Assembly (NCBI GenBank): GCA_963773555.1
Contig: CAVZCB010000031.1
Location: 27,343 to 91,342, forward strand
Direction of reading: 5' to 3'
Origin: an uncultured Alphaproteobacteria bacterium
GTDB taxonomy: Bacteria > Pseudomonadota > Alphaproteobacteria > Rhodobacterales > Rhodobacteraceae
Length of the DNA: 64,000 nt
Shown here: positions 10,147 through 21,093 of the stretch, piece after piece
Numbering within the stretch: the stretch's first letter is position 1
Layout of the letters: every line of letters begins with the position of its first letter
Made by a program: the position numbers and the translations under genes
Notes under the pieces: generated by a model
What the model was told of the DNA's origin: nothing
Database searches by the model: none
The model's input: only the letters and a program-made list of their open reading frames with translations

Positions 10147-10387
10147 TCTGGTCCTGGTAGAAGCGCACCAGCGTGTGCCCGGAAAAGCTCATGGTCATCC
10201 AGAAGACGGCGAGGATCGCCCCGAGCTTCGGCACGAAGGTCAGCGTCATCTCCTGCACCGAGGTCAGCGCCTGCACCAGCCCGATCGCGAGCCCGACGAC
10301 CAGCGCCACTGCCAGGATCGGGGTCGAGATGATCAGCGCCGTCCACAGCGCCTGGCGCAGGATGTCGAGAACCGCCGCCTCGGTCAT
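10121..10387 (-). CDS. fliQ: Flagellar export protein FliQ
   Basis: GLVQALTSVQEMTLTFVPKL. Confidence 0.95.
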   Translation of the reverse strand: MTEAAVLDILRQALWTALIISTPILAVALVVGLAIGLVQALTSVQEMTLTFVPKLGAILAVFWMTMSFSGHTLVRFYQDQIIPIVIGR

Positions 10388-10390
10388 GGT

Positions 10391-10693
10391 TCAGACCGGC
10401 ATCCGCAGGATTTCCTGATAGGCCTCGACCACCTTGTCGCGCACGGCGACCGCGGTCTGCACCGCAAGCTCGGTCGCGGCCATCGCCTCGACCACCGCCT
10501 GCGGATCGGCGCGGCCGGCGAGCCCGGCCTTCACCGTCTCCTCGCCCTGGCGCAGCGTTTCCATGAAGTCGGTCGCGGCGGTCTTGAACGCCTCGCCGGC
10601 CGTCCTGACCTGCGCCGGATCCTGGGGCGCCGGCTTCGCGGCGGCCTGAACCTGGGAATAGAGCTGGGAGGCGAGGGTTGCCTTGATATCCAT
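10391..10693 (-). CDS. fliE: Flagellar hook-basal body protein FliE
   Basis: C-terminal VRDKVVEAYQEILRMPV. Confidence 0.95.
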   Translation of the reverse strand: MDIKATLASQLYSQVQAAAKPAPQDPAQVRTAGEAFKTAATDFMETLRQGEETVKAGLAGRADPQAVVEAMAATELAVQTAVAVRDKVVEAYQEILRMPV

Positions 10694-10713
10694 GTGGGGG
10701 TCCCTTTTGCTTG

Positions 10714-11106
10714 TCAGCGGCGGAGCAGATCGAGCAGCGAGCTCGCCATCTGCCGTGCCTGGTCGAACATCTTCAGATTGGCCTCGTAGGATCGGTTGGC
10801 TTCGCGGGCGTCGGCGATCTCGATCACGAGATCGACGTTGGACCCTTCGAAATACCCGTCTGGTCCGGCCAGCGGGTTGGTCGGATCGTAGACCCGCACC
10901 AGTTCCTTGCGGTCGAGCTGCACCGGGCCGGTCGCCACCGCGCGCGGATCGTCCGCCCGCTGGAAGGTCTCCTCGAACGACACGGTCTTGCGCCGATAGC
11001 CGGGGGTGTCGGCGTTGGCGATGTTCTCGGTCGAGAGCCGCAGCCGCGCGGCCTGCGCCGCCATGCCGCTCGCCGAGGCCGCCATGGTCTTTGCCAGCTC
11101 GTCCAT
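10714..11106 (-). CDS. flgC: Flagellar rod protein FlgC
   Basis: ENIANADTPGY; YDPTNPLA; EANRSYEANL. Confidence 0.95.
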   Translation of the reverse strand: MDELAKTMAASASGMAAQAARLRLSTENIANADTPGYRRKTVSFEETFQRADDPRAVATGPVQLDRKELVRVYDPTNPLAGPDGYFEGSNVDLVIEIADAREANRSYEANLKMFDQARQMASSLLDLLRR

Positions 11107-11127
11107 CGCTCAGGTCTCCTTCAGCCG

Positions 11128-11517
11128 TCAGCGCCCGGTGACCGTCGCCCGCAGGATCGCGAGCGATTTGGCGTAGACCCCGAGCGCCATGTCGTGCTCC
11201 TGCCGCACTTCGGCGGCGCGCATCATCTGGTCCTCGAGCGACACCGAGTTGCCGTTCGGCGTCTCGGCGCCGAAGGCCGAGACCTCGCGCGGCTCGAACC
11301 CGTGCGGGTCGGCGCCGAACGCCATGTGTCCCGGCCGGGTCATCCGCGCCGAAAACGGCGGCGCGCTGTCGAGCACCTCGGAAAACGCCGCGATGTCGCG
11401 CGCCCGGTAGCCCGGCGTGTCGGCGTGCGCGACGTTCTCGGAAATCACCTCCTGGCGGGCGCTCGCGTGGGCGGCGAGCGCGCTGGCGAGGCGCAGGGTG
11501 TCGATCGACAAATCCAT
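11128..11517 (-). CDS. flgB: Flagellar rod protein FlgB
   Basis: RQEVISENVAHADTPGYRARD; PNGNSVSLE; ATG at 11517. Confidence 0.9.
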   Translation of the reverse strand: MDLSIDTLRLASALAAHASARQEVISENVAHADTPGYRARDIAAFSEVLDSAPPFSARMTRPGHMAFGADPHGFEPREVSAFGAETPNGNSVSLEDQMMRAAEVRQEHDMALGVYAKSLAILRATVTGR

Positions 11518-11597
11518 CGGGTTCTCCGGTTTCAACGCGGGCTTAACGGTTGATGGTTGACAAAGCGTAAGCACGAACCGCCGTGGAGAGAGACCAA

Positions 11598-12938
11598 ATG
11601 CTCACCGATTTCGACGCGCTCGGCGCGGAACTCGCCCGCGTGCCGAACGGACGGCGGGTGGGCCGGGTCACGGCGGTCGGCACCGCGGCGCTGGAGATCG
11701 CGGGGCTCTCCAACCACGCGCGGATCGGCGATCAGGTGACGATCGGGCTCGGCCACGGCGCCGCGCTGGGCGGCGAGATCGTCGGCATCTCCGAGGCGCA
11801 GGCCCGGGCGATGACCTACGCGCCGCTGGACGGCGCGGCGGTGGGCGACGCTGTCACGCTGCTCGGGCCGGCCGGCGTGCATCCGGACGCGAGCTGGGTC
11901 GGCCGGATCGTCGACGCCTTCGGCCAGCCGCTGGACGGCCGCCCGCTGGCGCCGGGTGCTGCTAGTGCGACGCTGCGCCGGGCGCCGCCGCCGCCGGCCA
12001 CCCGCAAGGGACTTGGCGCGCGGCTCGCCACCGGCCTCGCGGTGTTCGACACCGCGCTCCCGATCGCCCGCGGCCAGCGCATCGGCGTCTTCGCCGGCTC
12101 CGGCATCGGCAAGTCGTCGCTGCTGGCCGACCTCGCACGCGGCATCGAGGCGGAGATCGTGGTCTACGCCCTGATCGGCGAGCGCGGCCGCGAGCTGCGC
12201 GATTTCGTCGACAACGTGCTCGGGCCGAAGGGCATGGAGCGCGCCGTGGTGATCGCGGCCACCTCGGATCAGGCGCCGCTGATCAAGCGCCGCGCCGCCT
12301 GGATGGCGATGGCGACGGCGGAGGTTTTCCGCGACCAGGGCCGGCACGTGCTGCTGCTGATCGACAGCCTGACCCGCTTCGCCGAGGCGCACCGCGAGAT
12401 CGCGCTCACCGCCGGCGAGGCGCCCAGCTTGCGCGGTTTCCCGCCCTCGACCGCCAATCTGATCGCGGCGCTGTGCGAGCGCGCCGGGCCCGGGCCGTTC
12501 GGCAAGGGCGACATCACCGGCATCTTCAGCGTGCTGGTCGCCGCCTCCGACATGGACGAGCCGATCGCCGACATCACCCGCGGCGTGCTCGATGGCCACG
12601 TCGTGCTCGACCGCACCATCGCCGAGCGCGGCCGATTTCCGGCGATCGACGTGCGCCGATCGGTGTCACGCAGTCTTCCGGGCGTGGCGACGGAGGCCGA
12701 GAATGCACAGCTGGCTAAATTGCGGCGCGTTCTGACGGCCTACGAGAACGCGGCGCTGATGATCCAGACCGGGCTCTACGCACCGGGCAGCGACCCGGCG
12801 ATCGACGAGGCGATCAGGCTCTGGCCGAAGCTCGACGGGCTGTTCACCGAGCGGAGCCCCGACGGCGTGGCGGCGAGCTTCGCGCGGCTGGCTGCGGCGC
12901 TGGGGGAAGGGCCGGAGCTCAGCGCCGCGAGACGATGA
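11598..12938 (+). CDS. fliI: Flagellar export ATPase FliI
   Basis: GQRIGVFAGSGIGKS, LIGERGRE, DSLTRFAEAHREI, LDGHVVL. Confidence 0.95.
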   Translation: MLTDFDALGAELARVPNGRRVGRVTAVGTAALEIAGLSNHARIGDQVTIGLGHGAALGGEIVGISEAQARAMTYAPLDGAAVGDAVTLLGPAGVHPDASWVGRIVDAFGQPLDGRPLAPGAASATLRRAPPPPATRKGLGARLATGLAVFDTALPIARGQRIGVFAGSGIGKSSLLADLARGIEAEIVVYALIGERGRELRDFVDNVLGPKGMERAVVIAATSDQAPLIKRRAAWMAMATAEVFRDQGRHVLLLIDSLTRFAEAHREIALTAGEAPSLRGFPPSTANLIAALCERAGPGPFGKGDITGIFSVLVAASDMDEPIADITRGVLDGHVVLDRTIAERGRFPAIDVRRSVSRSLPGVATEAENAQLAKLRRVLTAYENAALMIQTGLYAPGSDPAIDEAIRLWPKLDGLFTERSPDGVAASFARLAAALGEGPELSAARR

Positions 12939-13758
12939 GGTTGAGCAGGCCGTCGGAGCCGGAGGCGGTGGAATTCTGCAGGAGGGACAGCGCGCCCATT
13001 CCCGGTGTGGTGGCGGTCGGCCCGGCATCGACCTGGGCGCGGGCGAGAAAGCGGGTGATGACCTTCTCGACGGCCTCCGGATCCTTGAAAGCCGAAAGAG
13101 TGTCGGTGTCAAACATGCCGCCGGTCTTGTCCGCCAGAACGTCGCGCTGCCGGTCGATGTCGATCTGGGCGAACTGCGTCGGCAGACCGTAGGCCTTCTC
13201 GAAGACCTCGCGCAGCGGCTTGGAGCCGAGCACGCTGAACCAGCTCGCGCCGGTCTCGCCCTGGTCGGCCAAAGCGGCGATCTCGCGGCGGAAGTTCATC
13301 GCGAGGCGCATGTTGTTGTCCGTCTCGCCGACGGCAGATTCGAAGGCGCGGGTCTTGTAGGCATCGACGATCTTCGCCGCGAACCCGGTCTCGCCGGTCC
13401 TCGCGCCGCCGGCGTCGCCGAAGCCGAACGCCTTGGACAGATTATAGTAGGACTTGTCGGTCAGCCGGTTGGCGAAGGCCTCGGGCTCGGTGGTGCCTTC
13501 CTCGAGCACCTTGCGGATGAAGGCCTTCTTGTCGATCTCGCTGTCCATGCCGAAGGCGCCGAGCGCGACCTTCAGCAGCCGCCGGTCGGCGACCAGATCC
13601 GCGGCCGAGGTGATGCTGCCGATGTTCTCCTCGAAATAGGCGACGTCGCGCTTCACCTCTGCGCCGTTCTCGAACGCGGCCTGCTGCGAGGCGGCGGTGC
13701 GTTCGAGAAAGCGCCAGCCGGCGATGCCGGGGAGCGGGATGGTCGGCTGGAAGCTCAT
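12919..13758 (-). CDS. DUF1217 flagellar-cluster protein
   Basis: GWRFLERT, LVADRRLLKVALGAFG, IDIDRQ; position after flbT. Confidence 0.8.
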   Translation of the reverse strand: MSFQPTIPLPGIAGWRFLERTAASQQAAFENGAEVKRDVAYFEENIGSITSAADLVADRRLLKVALGAFGMDSEIDKKAFIRKVLEEGTTEPEAFANRLTDKSYYNLSKAFGFGDAGGARTGETGFAAKIVDAYKTRAFESAVGETDNNMRLAMNFRREIAALADQGETGASWFSVLGSKPLREVFEKAYGLPTQFAQIDIDRQRDVLADKTGGMFDTDTLSAFKDPEAVEKVITRFLARAQVDAGPTATTPGMGALSLLQNSTASGSDGLLNLIVSRR

Positions 13759-13768
13759 CGGCAGCCCC

Positions 13769-14176
13769 TCACGATGCGTTGCTCATGCCCATCAGCCGCG
13801 CCTCCCGCGGCAGCAGGCCGCGCAGCGCCCGGAGCGTCTGGTAGAAGCGGCGCTCGCCGAGCGCCTCGGTCGCGGCGCCGAGGTGCATGCGGCTGTCGGC
13901 ATCCAGGAAGACCTGGGACAGCTGCTCGATGCCGCGCGCGAGCTGGACGGCCGCCTCGTCGGGATCGGCCTCGCCGGCGAGCACCAGCTGGGCGATGTAG
14001 CACACCCGCTTGACCGGCGTCTTGGCCTCGTCGGGATGGATCGCATCGCGCAGGCGCAGCACGTTCGCGTCGGGCGTCAGGATGTTGAGCCGGGTGCGGC
14101 GGTCGCCGTTCTCCATGACCACGCCGTTGATCATGATGCGCTCGCGCGGCCCGAGCTTGAGGACGAGGCCGCTCAT
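13769..14176 (-). CDS. flbT: Flagellin translational regulator FlbT
   Basis: MSGLVLKLGPRERIMINGVVMENGDR; after flaF. Confidence 0.92.
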   Translation of the reverse strand: MSGLVLKLGPRERIMINGVVMENGDRRTRLNILTPDANVLRLRDAIHPDEAKTPVKRVCYIAQLVLAGEADPDEAAVQLARGIEQLSQVFLDADSRMHLGAATEALGERRFYQTLRALRGLLPREARLMGMSNAS

Positions 14177-14550
14177 GCCGCGACCTCCAGGTCGCCGCGG
14201 AGGCCCTTCATGATCGCGGTGTTGATCTCGATCAGAGGCGCGACCGAAGCGCGGCCGCCGAGGATCGCGAGGCTGTGGCGGCGGACGAACTCGGCGAGGC
14301 TGACCAGTTGCGCGCGCAGCGCCACCGGCAGCGTGTTGCCGTCCTGCAGCAGATCCTCGGCCAGCGTGCCCCAGAGGCGCTGGTTCTCGAGAACCGCGTG
14401 TGCAAGCACGGTGAAATTCGACTTGTCGGTCTCGTCGAGCGCCTTCAGGCCGTGGGTGACCTGGGCGAAGACGACGTATTCGGTTCCGCGCTCCGTGCGG
14501 ATCGGAGCTGCGGCGGCGCGATAGCCGGACTGGGCGTTCAAGCTGTTCAT
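14173..14550 (-). CDS. flaF: Flagellar regulator FlaF
   Basis: ENQRLW...NTLPVALRAQLVSL...LIEINTAIMKGL. Confidence 0.92.
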   Translation of the reverse strand: MNSLNAQSGYRAAAAPIRTERGTEYVVFAQVTHGLKALDETDKSNFTVLAHAVLENQRLWGTLAEDLLQDGNTLPVALRAQLVSLAEFVRRHSLAILGGRASVAPLIEINTAIMKGLRGDLEVAA

Positions 14551-14618
14551 CTGATTACCCCTGAGGGACCTCGTCCGGACCTGCCGGACCGATGGTTTCG
14601 TCTGATGGCGGAGGGGAG

Positions 14619-14646
14619 ACGGGGCGGCCCCGAAGGACCGCCCCGT
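14619..14646 (-). terminator. Hairpin downstream of flagellin
   Basis: ACGGGGCGG...CCGCCCCGT inverted repeat 10 bp after the stop. Confidence 0.6.
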
Positions 14647-14655
14647 TCAGATGCT

Positions 14656-15459
14656 TTAGCGGAACAGCGACAGGACGTTCTGCGGCGCCGAGTTGGCGAT
14701 CGACAGGGCCTGGATGCCGAGCTGCTGCTGGACCTGCAGGGCCGACAGACGCGAGGAGGCTTCCTCCATGTCGGCGTCGACCAGGGCGCTGACGCCGTTC
14801 TTCAGCGCGTCCATCTGCTTGCCGAGGAACGTGCTCTGCGCCTCGATCCGCATCTGCGCGGCGCCGAAGCTGGCGGCCGCGGAGTTGGCCGCGTCGATCA
14901 GCGTGTCGATCGCGTCGACGGTCGAGGCCGTGGTCGGCGCAGTGCCGACGGAGAGATCGACACCGGCCACGGTGAACGCCGCGGCACCGGTGCTGAGCGC
15001 GCCGGCGGTGGTGCGGACCAGCGACATCTGGAACGCCGCCGAGTCGGGGGTCGCCTTCACCAGGTTCACGCCGTTGAACTGCGCGGTCTCGGTGATGTTG
15101 TTGATCGCGCCGGTCAGCTGGGCGATCTCGGCATCGAGCTTCGCCGTGTCGGCGCCGGGGTTCTTGCCCTGCACGACCTTGGTCTGGATCTCCTTCAGGA
15201 TGCCCGAGATCTGCTCGGCGGCCGCACGGGCGGTGCCGACCAGGGCGGAGCCGGTGGTGAGCGATTCGCCGAGCTTCTTGAGCGAGCCGACGTCCGACTG
15301 CATGGTGGAGGCGATCGACCAGGACGAGCTGTTGTCCTTGGCGGTGGCGACACGCATGCCGGTCGAAATCTCGTTCTGCGCCTTGGCGAGCCCGGAGTTG
15401 GTGCTCTTCAGGGTCTGCAGGGCGACAAGGGCGCTGGAGTTGGTCAGAATGCTGGACAT
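14656..15459 (-). CDS. fliC: Flagellin
   Basis: MSSILTNSSALVALQTL...QNEISTG; LVDADMEEASSRLSALQVQQQLGIQALSIAN. Confidence 0.95.
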   Translation of the reverse strand: MSSILTNSSALVALQTLKSTNSGLAKAQNEISTGMRVATAKDNSSSWSIASTMQSDVGSLKKLGESLTTGSALVGTARAAAEQISGILKEIQTKVVQGKNPGADTAKLDAEIAQLTGAINNITETAQFNGVNLVKATPDSAAFQMSLVRTTAGALSTGAAAFTVAGVDLSVGTAPTTASTVDAIDTLIDAANSAAASFGAAQMRIEAQSTFLGKQMDALKNGVSALVDADMEEASSRLSALQVQQQLGIQALSIANSAPQNVLSLFR

Positions 15460-15653
15460 GATAGTTCCTTCGATGGCTGCGGCGCTTCGACGCCGCGCTT
15501 GTCACAGGTGGTTCCGCGGATGCGGAGCCGATGAACGCCCTTCTGACAGTTGCGACGAGAGTTTCGTTCGAACCCTGTCGCGCCGGCTGTTCGACCGCGT
15601 AGGCCGGACATTCGCCAATCAGCGTTTAGCAACGGTGAACGACCGGCACGAAC

Positions 15654-16148
15654 ATGCTTAACAAACCTATGTTAAAACAGACACTTGTCGCTTTCCTGAT
15701 GGCGGTCCCGCCGGCGCTGGCCGATCCGCCCGGGACGGCGGCGGCGCCGGACCGGGTGTTCGAGGACTGGCGTCTCGACTGCGGGACGGATCCCTGCATG
15801 CTGCGGACCACGGTGCACGCCGCCGATGGCGGCGCGGTGCTCGAGGTGGCGGCCGGCCGCGACGCGCTGGTGGTGACGACGCCGCTCGCCCTGTTCCTGC
15901 CCGAGGGCCTGACGCTCGCGCTCGGGCAAGAGCCGGAGCGGGTGGTCCCGTGGCGCACCTGCGGGCCGCAGGGCTGCGAGGCGACGGTGCCGATGCAGCC
16001 GGCGCTGCTCGAGGCGTTGCGGCGCGAGCGCGGCGGCACCGCCGGCCTGACCCTGGTCGACGGGGTCCAGGTCCGGCTGGCGTTCTCGCTGATGGGGTTC
16101 TCCGCCGCGCTGGAGGCGCGCGACGAAGCGGCGGGGACCGGGCGGTAG
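15654..16148 (+). CDS. Invasion-associated locus B (IalB) family periplasmic protein
   Basis: Signal peptide; FEDWRLDC, PLALFLPEG, CGPQGC, FSLMGFSAAL; start 15654 or 15669. Confidence 0.75.
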   Translation: MLNKPMLKQTLVAFLMAVPPALADPPGTAAAPDRVFEDWRLDCGTDPCMLRTTVHAADGGAVLEVAAGRDALVVTTPLALFLPEGLTLALGQEPERVVPWRTCGPQGCEATVPMQPALLEALRRERGGTAGLTLVDGVQVRLAFSLMGFSAALEARDEAAGTGR

Positions 16149-16149
16149 C

Positions 16150-17583
16150 TCAGTCGATCCGGGTCAGCAGCTCGTCGAGCGACTTCTTGGCGTCGCCGTA
16201 GAACATCCGCGTGTTGTCCTTGTAGAACAGCGGGTTCTCGATGCCGGAGTAGCCGGTGCCCTGGCCGCGCTTGGAGACGAACACGTGCTTGGCCTTCCAG
16301 ACCTCGAGCACCGGCATGCCGGCGATCGGAGAATTCGGATCCTCCTGCGCCGCCGGGTTCACGATGTCGTTCGAGCCGATGACAATGGCGACGTCCGTCG
16401 ACGGGAAATCGTCGTTGATCTCGTCCATCTCCAGCACGATGTCGTAGGGCACCTTGGCCTCGGCCAGCAGCACGTTCATGTGCCCCGGCAGCCGCCCGGC
16501 CACCGGATGGATGCCGAACCGCACCTCCTTGCCCTTGGCGCGCAGACGCTTGGTCAGCTCGGCCACCGACTGCTGCGCCTGCGCCACCGCCATGCCATAG
16601 CCCGGCACGATGATCACCGAATCCGCGTCGTCGAGCGCGGCGGCGACCCCATCCGCGTCGATGGCGATCATCTCGCCCTCGATCTCCTGCGCGGGGCCGG
16701 AGGTGCCCCCGAAGCCGCCGAGGATCACCGAGACGAAGTTGCGGTTCATCGCCTTGCACATGATGTAGGAGAGGATCGCACCCGAGGAGCCGACCAGTGC
16801 GCCGGTGACGATCAGGAGGTCGTTCGACAGCGTGAAGCCGATCGCCGCCGCCGCCCAGCCCGAGTAGCTGTTGAGCATCGAGATCACCACCGGCATGTCC
16901 GCGCCGCCGATCGCCATGATCAGGTGCCAGCCGATGAAGCCCGCGACCAGCGCGACGAGGACCATCGTCCAGATCCCGGCGCCGTAGAAATAGAGGATGC
17001 CGAGCAGCAGGCACAGCAGACCGGCGCCGATGTTGATGGCGTGGCGGTTCGGCAGGGTCAGCGGCTTGGAGCCGACCTTTCCCGACAGCTTCAGGTAGGC
17101 GACGATCGAGCCGGTGAAGGTGATGGCGCCGATCAGGATGCCGAGGAAGATCTCGACCCGCATGATCGAGAGCTCGGTCGACGTCTTGTGGGTCAGCGTC
17201 AGCGCGAAGCCCGACAGGTTCTCGATCGAGCCGGTGGCGAGCGCCGCGGCGGCACGACCGGCCTCCAGGTCGGCGTTGAGGCCGATGAAGACGGCGGCGA
17301 GGCCGACGAGGCTGTGGAAGCCGGCGACCAGCTCCGGCATCTGGGTCATCTGCACGCGGGACGCAACGAACGCGCCGACCGCGCCGCCGATGATCACCAT
17401 CGGCGCCAGCAGCCAGAAGTGGCCGGCGCCGCCGAAGATGGTGGCGATGACGGCGAGCGCCATGCCGATCATGCCGTACCAGATCGCCCGCTTGGCCTTC
17501 TCCTGGTTGGAGAGGCCGCCGAGGGCGAGGATGAAGAGGATCGCTGCGGCCAGATAGCAGGCCGTGACCAGTCCGAGGCTCAT
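16150..17583 (-). CDS. pntB: NAD(P) transhydrogenase beta subunit
   Basis: [48 protein letters not shown]. Confidence 0.98.
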   Translation of the reverse strand: MSLGLVTACYLAAAILFILALGGLSNQEKAKRAIWYGMIGMALAVIATIFGGAGHFWLLAPMVIIGGAVGAFVASRVQMTQMPELVAGFHSLVGLAAVFIGLNADLEAGRAAAALATGSIENLSGFALTLTHKTSTELSIMRVEIFLGILIGAITFTGSIVAYLKLSGKVGSKPLTLPNRHAINIGAGLLCLLLGILYFYGAGIWTMVLVALVAGFIGWHLIMAIGGADMPVVISMLNSYSGWAAAAIGFTLSNDLLIVTGALVGSSGAILSYIMCKAMNRNFVSVILGGFGGTSGPAQEIEGEMIAIDADGVAAALDDADSVIIVPGYGMAVAQAQQSVAELTKRLRAKGKEVRFGIHPVAGRLPGHMNVLLAEAKVPYDIVLEMDEINDDFPSTDVAIVIGSNDIVNPAAQEDPNSPIAGMPVLEVWKAKHVFVSKRGQGTGYSGIENPLFYKDNTRMFYGDAKKSLDELLTRID

Positions 17584-17593
17584 GGCGTCCCCC

Positions 17594-19162
17594 TCAGCTT
17601 TTCTGGAACATGGCGAGCATCCGCCGGGTGACGAGGAAGCCGCCGAAGATGTTCACCGAGGCCATCAGCGTCGCCAGCGCCGCCAGCAGCGCCACGAACA
17701 CGCTGCCCGAGCCGATCTGCAACAGCGCGCCGAGGATGATGATCGACGAGATGCCGTTGGTGATCGCCATCAGCGGCGTGTGCAGCGCGTGGCTGACGTT
17801 CCAGATCACGTAGAACCCGACGAAGCAGGCCAGCGCGAACACGATGAAGTGCTGCATGAAGCTGACCGGCGCGACGCTGCCGACCAGCAGCGTCAGCACC
17901 GTGCCGACCACGAGAAGCGCCGTGGTGCGGGTCGAGGCCTTCTGCGTGGCGGCGAGCTCGCGCGCCGCCTTCTGCTCGGCCGTCTCCTCCGGCGGTTTCT
18001 TCACCGGCGCCCTGGCGATTGCCGCCACCTTCGGGGGCGGCGGCGGGAAGGTGACCTCGCCCGCGTGCGTCACCGTCGCGCCGCGGATCACGTCGTCCTC
18101 CATGTTGACCACCGGCTGGCCGTCCTTGGCCGGCGTCAGGTCGTCGATCATGTGGCGGATGTTGTTGCCGTAGAGCGTCGAGGCCTGGGTCGCCATCCGG
18201 CTCGCCATGTCGGTGTAGCCGACGATCTTCACGCCGTTTTTGGTCTCGAACAGCTTGCCGGGCTTGGTCAGGTCGCAGTTGCCGCCCTGCTCGGCGGCGA
18301 GATCGACCACCACCGAGCCGGGCTTCATCGCCTCGACCATGTCCTTCAGCCACAGCTTCGGCGCCGGGCGGCCGGGGATCAGCGCCGTGGTGATGACGAT
18401 GTCGATCTCCGGGGCCTGCGCGCGGAACAGCTCCAGCTGCTTCTCACGGAACTCAGGGCTCGAGGGGGCTGCGTAGCCGCCGGTCGCCGCGCCGTCCTGG
18501 CTGTCGGCGAAGTCGAGGAACAGGAATTCCGCGCCCATCGATTCGATCTGTTCGGCGACCTCGGGGCGCACGTCGAACGCCCGCACCATCGCCCCGAGCC
18601 CGCGCGCGGTGCCGATCGCCGAGAGGCCCGCCACGCCGGCGCCGATCACCAGCACCTTGGCCGGGGGCACCTTGCCCGCCGCGGTGATCTGGCCGGTGAA
18701 GAACCGCCCGAAGTTCTCGCCCGCCTCGATCACCGCGCGATAGCCGGCGATGTTGGCCATCGACGAGAGCGCGTCCATCTTCTGCGCCCGGCTGATGCGC
18801 GGCACCATGTCCATCGCGATGCTGGTGACGCCCTTCGCCTTCAGGCTCTCGAGAAGCTCGGCGTTCTGCGCGGGATAGACGAAGCTGATGACGATCTGGC
18901 CGGAGCGGGCCAGCTCGATCTCTTCCGGCTCGGGCGCGCGCACCTTGGCGACGATGTCGGCCTTTTCCCAGACCTCGGCCTCGCTCGCCACCACCTCGAC
19001 GCCGGCCTCGGTGTAGTCGGCATCGGAGAACCGCGCCTCGTCGCCGGCGCCGGCCTGGATCAGGCAATCGTAGCCGAGCTTCTTCAGCACCACCGCCGAC
19101 TGCGGCGTCATCGCCACCCGCTTCTCGCCCTTGGAGCGTTCCTTGGGAACACCGAACTTCAT
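17594..19162 (-). CDS. pntA: NAD(P) transhydrogenase alpha subunit
   Basis: [51 protein letters not shown]. Confidence 0.98.
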   Translation of the reverse strand: MKFGVPKERSKGEKRVAMTPQSAVVLKKLGYDCLIQAGAGDEARFSDADYTEAGVEVVASEAEVWEKADIVAKVRAPEPEEIELARSGQIVISFVYPAQNAELLESLKAKGVTSIAMDMVPRISRAQKMDALSSMANIAGYRAVIEAGENFGRFFTGQITAAGKVPPAKVLVIGAGVAGLSAIGTARGLGAMVRAFDVRPEVAEQIESMGAEFLFLDFADSQDGAATGGYAAPSSPEFREKQLELFRAQAPEIDIVITTALIPGRPAPKLWLKDMVEAMKPGSVVVDLAAEQGGNCDLTKPGKLFETKNGVKIVGYTDMASRMATQASTLYGNNIRHMIDDLTPAKDGQPVVNMEDDVIRGATVTHAGEVTFPPPPPKVAAIARAPVKKPPEETAEQKAARELAATQKASTRTTALLVVGTVLTLLVGSVAPVSFMQHFIVFALACFVGFYVIWNVSHALHTPLMAITNGISSIIILGALLQIGSGSVFVALLAALATLMASVNIFGGFLVTRRMLAMFQKS

Positions 19163-19307
19163 TGCTGGCCCTCCTTCGCCCGGCGCGCCGCCGCGCCGGG
19201 GTGCCCGTTCAGGACATTATCTTTCGCACCACGACATGCGATCATTAGGTTTCACGCCGTGGGGTGTCAAACGCCGGAAGGAGGCATGTGGGGAAGGATG
19301 GCCGGTC

Positions 19308-19907
19308 TTACCCGTGCAGCTTGATCGCGATCTCTGCCAGTCGCCGGCCCTGGAACGTCGCGCCCTCCAGATCCTGCGCGTTCGGCCAGCGGCTGCCGTC
19401 GGAGTCGGTGACGAGCGTCATGCCATAGGGCGAGCCGCCACGGATCGTGTCGACGCCGCTCTGGCCCGCATAGGCATAGGACAGGGGCACGATGATCATG
19501 CCGTGGTGCTGGAGCACGATCTGGGTCGAGACGATCGTCGTCTCCTGGCCGCCGTGCTGGGTGGCGGTCGAGCTCATCACGGTCGCGACCTTGTTCACCA
19601 GCGCGCCGCTCTGCCACAGCGCCCCGGTCTGATCGAAGAAGTTCTTCATCTGCGAGGGCATGTTGCCGTAGCGGGTCGGGACCCCGAAGATGAAGCCGTC
19701 GTAGTCGGCAAGCTCCGCCGGTTCGGCGACCGGCGCCTCCTGATCCATCTTGTAGTGCGCTTCCTTCGCCACCTGGTCGGGAACCAGTTCCTGCACCCGC
19801 TTGACCGTCACCTCGGCCCCGACAGCGGTCGCTCCTTCGGCGGCGGCCTTCGCCATCGCCTCCATGTGGCCCCAGCTCGAATAGTAGAGTACCAGAATCT
19901 TCGCCAT
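19308..19907 (-). CDS. wrbA: NAD(P)H:quinone oxidoreductase WrbA
   Basis: [36 protein letters not shown]. Confidence 0.95.
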   Translation of the reverse strand: MAKILVLYYSSWGHMEAMAKAAAEGATAVGAEVTVKRVQELVPDQVAKEAHYKMDQEAPVAEPAELADYDGFIFGVPTRYGNMPSQMKNFFDQTGALWQSGALVNKVATVMSSTATQHGGQETTIVSTQIVLQHHGMIIVPLSYAYAGQSGVDTIRGGSPYGMTLVTDSDGSRWPNAQDLEGATFQGRRLAEIAIKLHG

Positions 19908-20149
19908 GTCGCCTCCATCCGTTGAGGCGGTTCACCTAAGCCGGTGCCGCCCGCGGTAAATGTCACGACGGAAAATACCGGCCCGCCGCGAGGGCGAACG
20001 GGCCGGACCCCATGCCCTGCCTGTCCCGAGGCGTCGAACGTGCCGCGCGGTCGCGGGGACACTCTGGTTCTGTCGCTTTCGCGAACGCGCCGAGCTTGCT
20101 CTTGCCGCGCGGGCTCGTAAGCTGCGCGCGGGCGAGAGGGAGGACGGGC

Positions 20150-20765
20150 TTGGGCGACGCGGCGGATCGGAGCGGCATTTTCGCGGGGGACGATCCCTTC
20201 GGCATCGCGCGGACGTGGCTTGCCGAGGCGGAGACGGCCGAGGTCAACGATCCGGGCGCGATGGCGCTGGCGACGGTCGACGCCTCCGGGCTGCCGAACG
20301 CGCGCATGGTGCTCCTGAAGGCGATCGAGGCCGGACGGCTTCGTCTTCTACACCAACTACGAGAGCGCCAAGGCCGGAGAGATCGACGCCGCGGGCAAGG
20401 CCGCCTTCGTGATGCACTGGAAGAGCCTGCGCCGGCAGGTGCGCGCCCGCGGGGACGTGGCCCGCGAGGACGGGCCGCAGGCCGACGCCTACTATCGCTC
20501 GCGGAGCCTCGCGAGCCGGATCGGCGCCTGGGCCTCGGCGCAGTCGCGGCCGCTCCGCAGCCGTGCCGCGCTGATGGCCGAGGTGGCGAAGGTGACGGCG
20601 CTGAAGGGCATCGACCCGCCTCGGCCACCGTTCTGGGGCGGCTACCGGCTGGTCCCGGTCGAGATCGAGTTCTGGGCCGACGGGGCGCACCGGCTGCACG
20701 ATCGATTCCGATGGACCCGCGCCGGACCGGGTGGGGCGTGGGATGTGGTGCGGCTCAGCCCGTGA
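20150..20765 (+). CDS. pdxH: Pyridoxamine 5'-phosphate oxidase with +1 frameshift at ~20332
   Basis: AMALATVD...PNARMVLLK in one frame, [12 protein letters not shown]...RQVR...[11 protein letters not shown]...EFW...RLHDR in the next; TTG start inferred. Confidence 0.9.
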
Positions 20766-20767
20766 GA

Positions 20768-20792
20768 GGAACCTGGCCGCAGCGCGGTCGTT
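20768..20792 (+). promoter_or_regulatory. EcfG (general stress sigma) promoter
   Basis: GGAAC-N16-CGTT ending 26 bp before the ATG at 20819. Confidence 0.7.
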
Positions 20793-20818
20793 TGCAACTG
20801 GAAACCGAGGAGAGAGAG

Positions 20819-21070
20819 ATGAGTGGACTGGGCTGGCTGAGCTTCCTGATCGTCGGGCTGATCGCCGGATGGATCGCCGAGCAGGTGATGAAGCGGGAGC
20901 ACGGGCTGATGATAAACCTGCTGGTGGGCGTGATCGGCGCCTACCTCGGGGCGTTCCTGTTCCGGCTGATCGGTCTGCAGACGACCGGGTTCATCGGCGC
21001 CCTCGTGGTGGCGACGGTCGGTGCGGTGGTGCTGCTCTTCATCGTCGGGGCCGTGCGCTCGCGGCGCTAG
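20819..21070 (+). CDS. GlsB/YeaQ/YmgE (transglycosylase-associated) stress membrane protein
   Basis: [15 protein letters not shown]...[12 protein letters not shown]...ATVGAVVLL; 83 aa. Confidence 0.9.
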   Translation: MSGLGWLSFLIVGLIAGWIAEQVMKREHGLMINLLVGVIGAYLGAFLFRLIGLQTTGFIGALVVATVGAVVLLFIVGAVRSRR

Positions 21071-21093
21071 CGGGCGAGCGGGCCGAAGCACGT

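Noticed and set aside
15655-15680. CtrA sites near flagellin, flgB/fliI, 7278 and 40307
   Set aside because: TTAA pairs are spaced N6 or N10, not the canonical N7; only half-sites can be supported.
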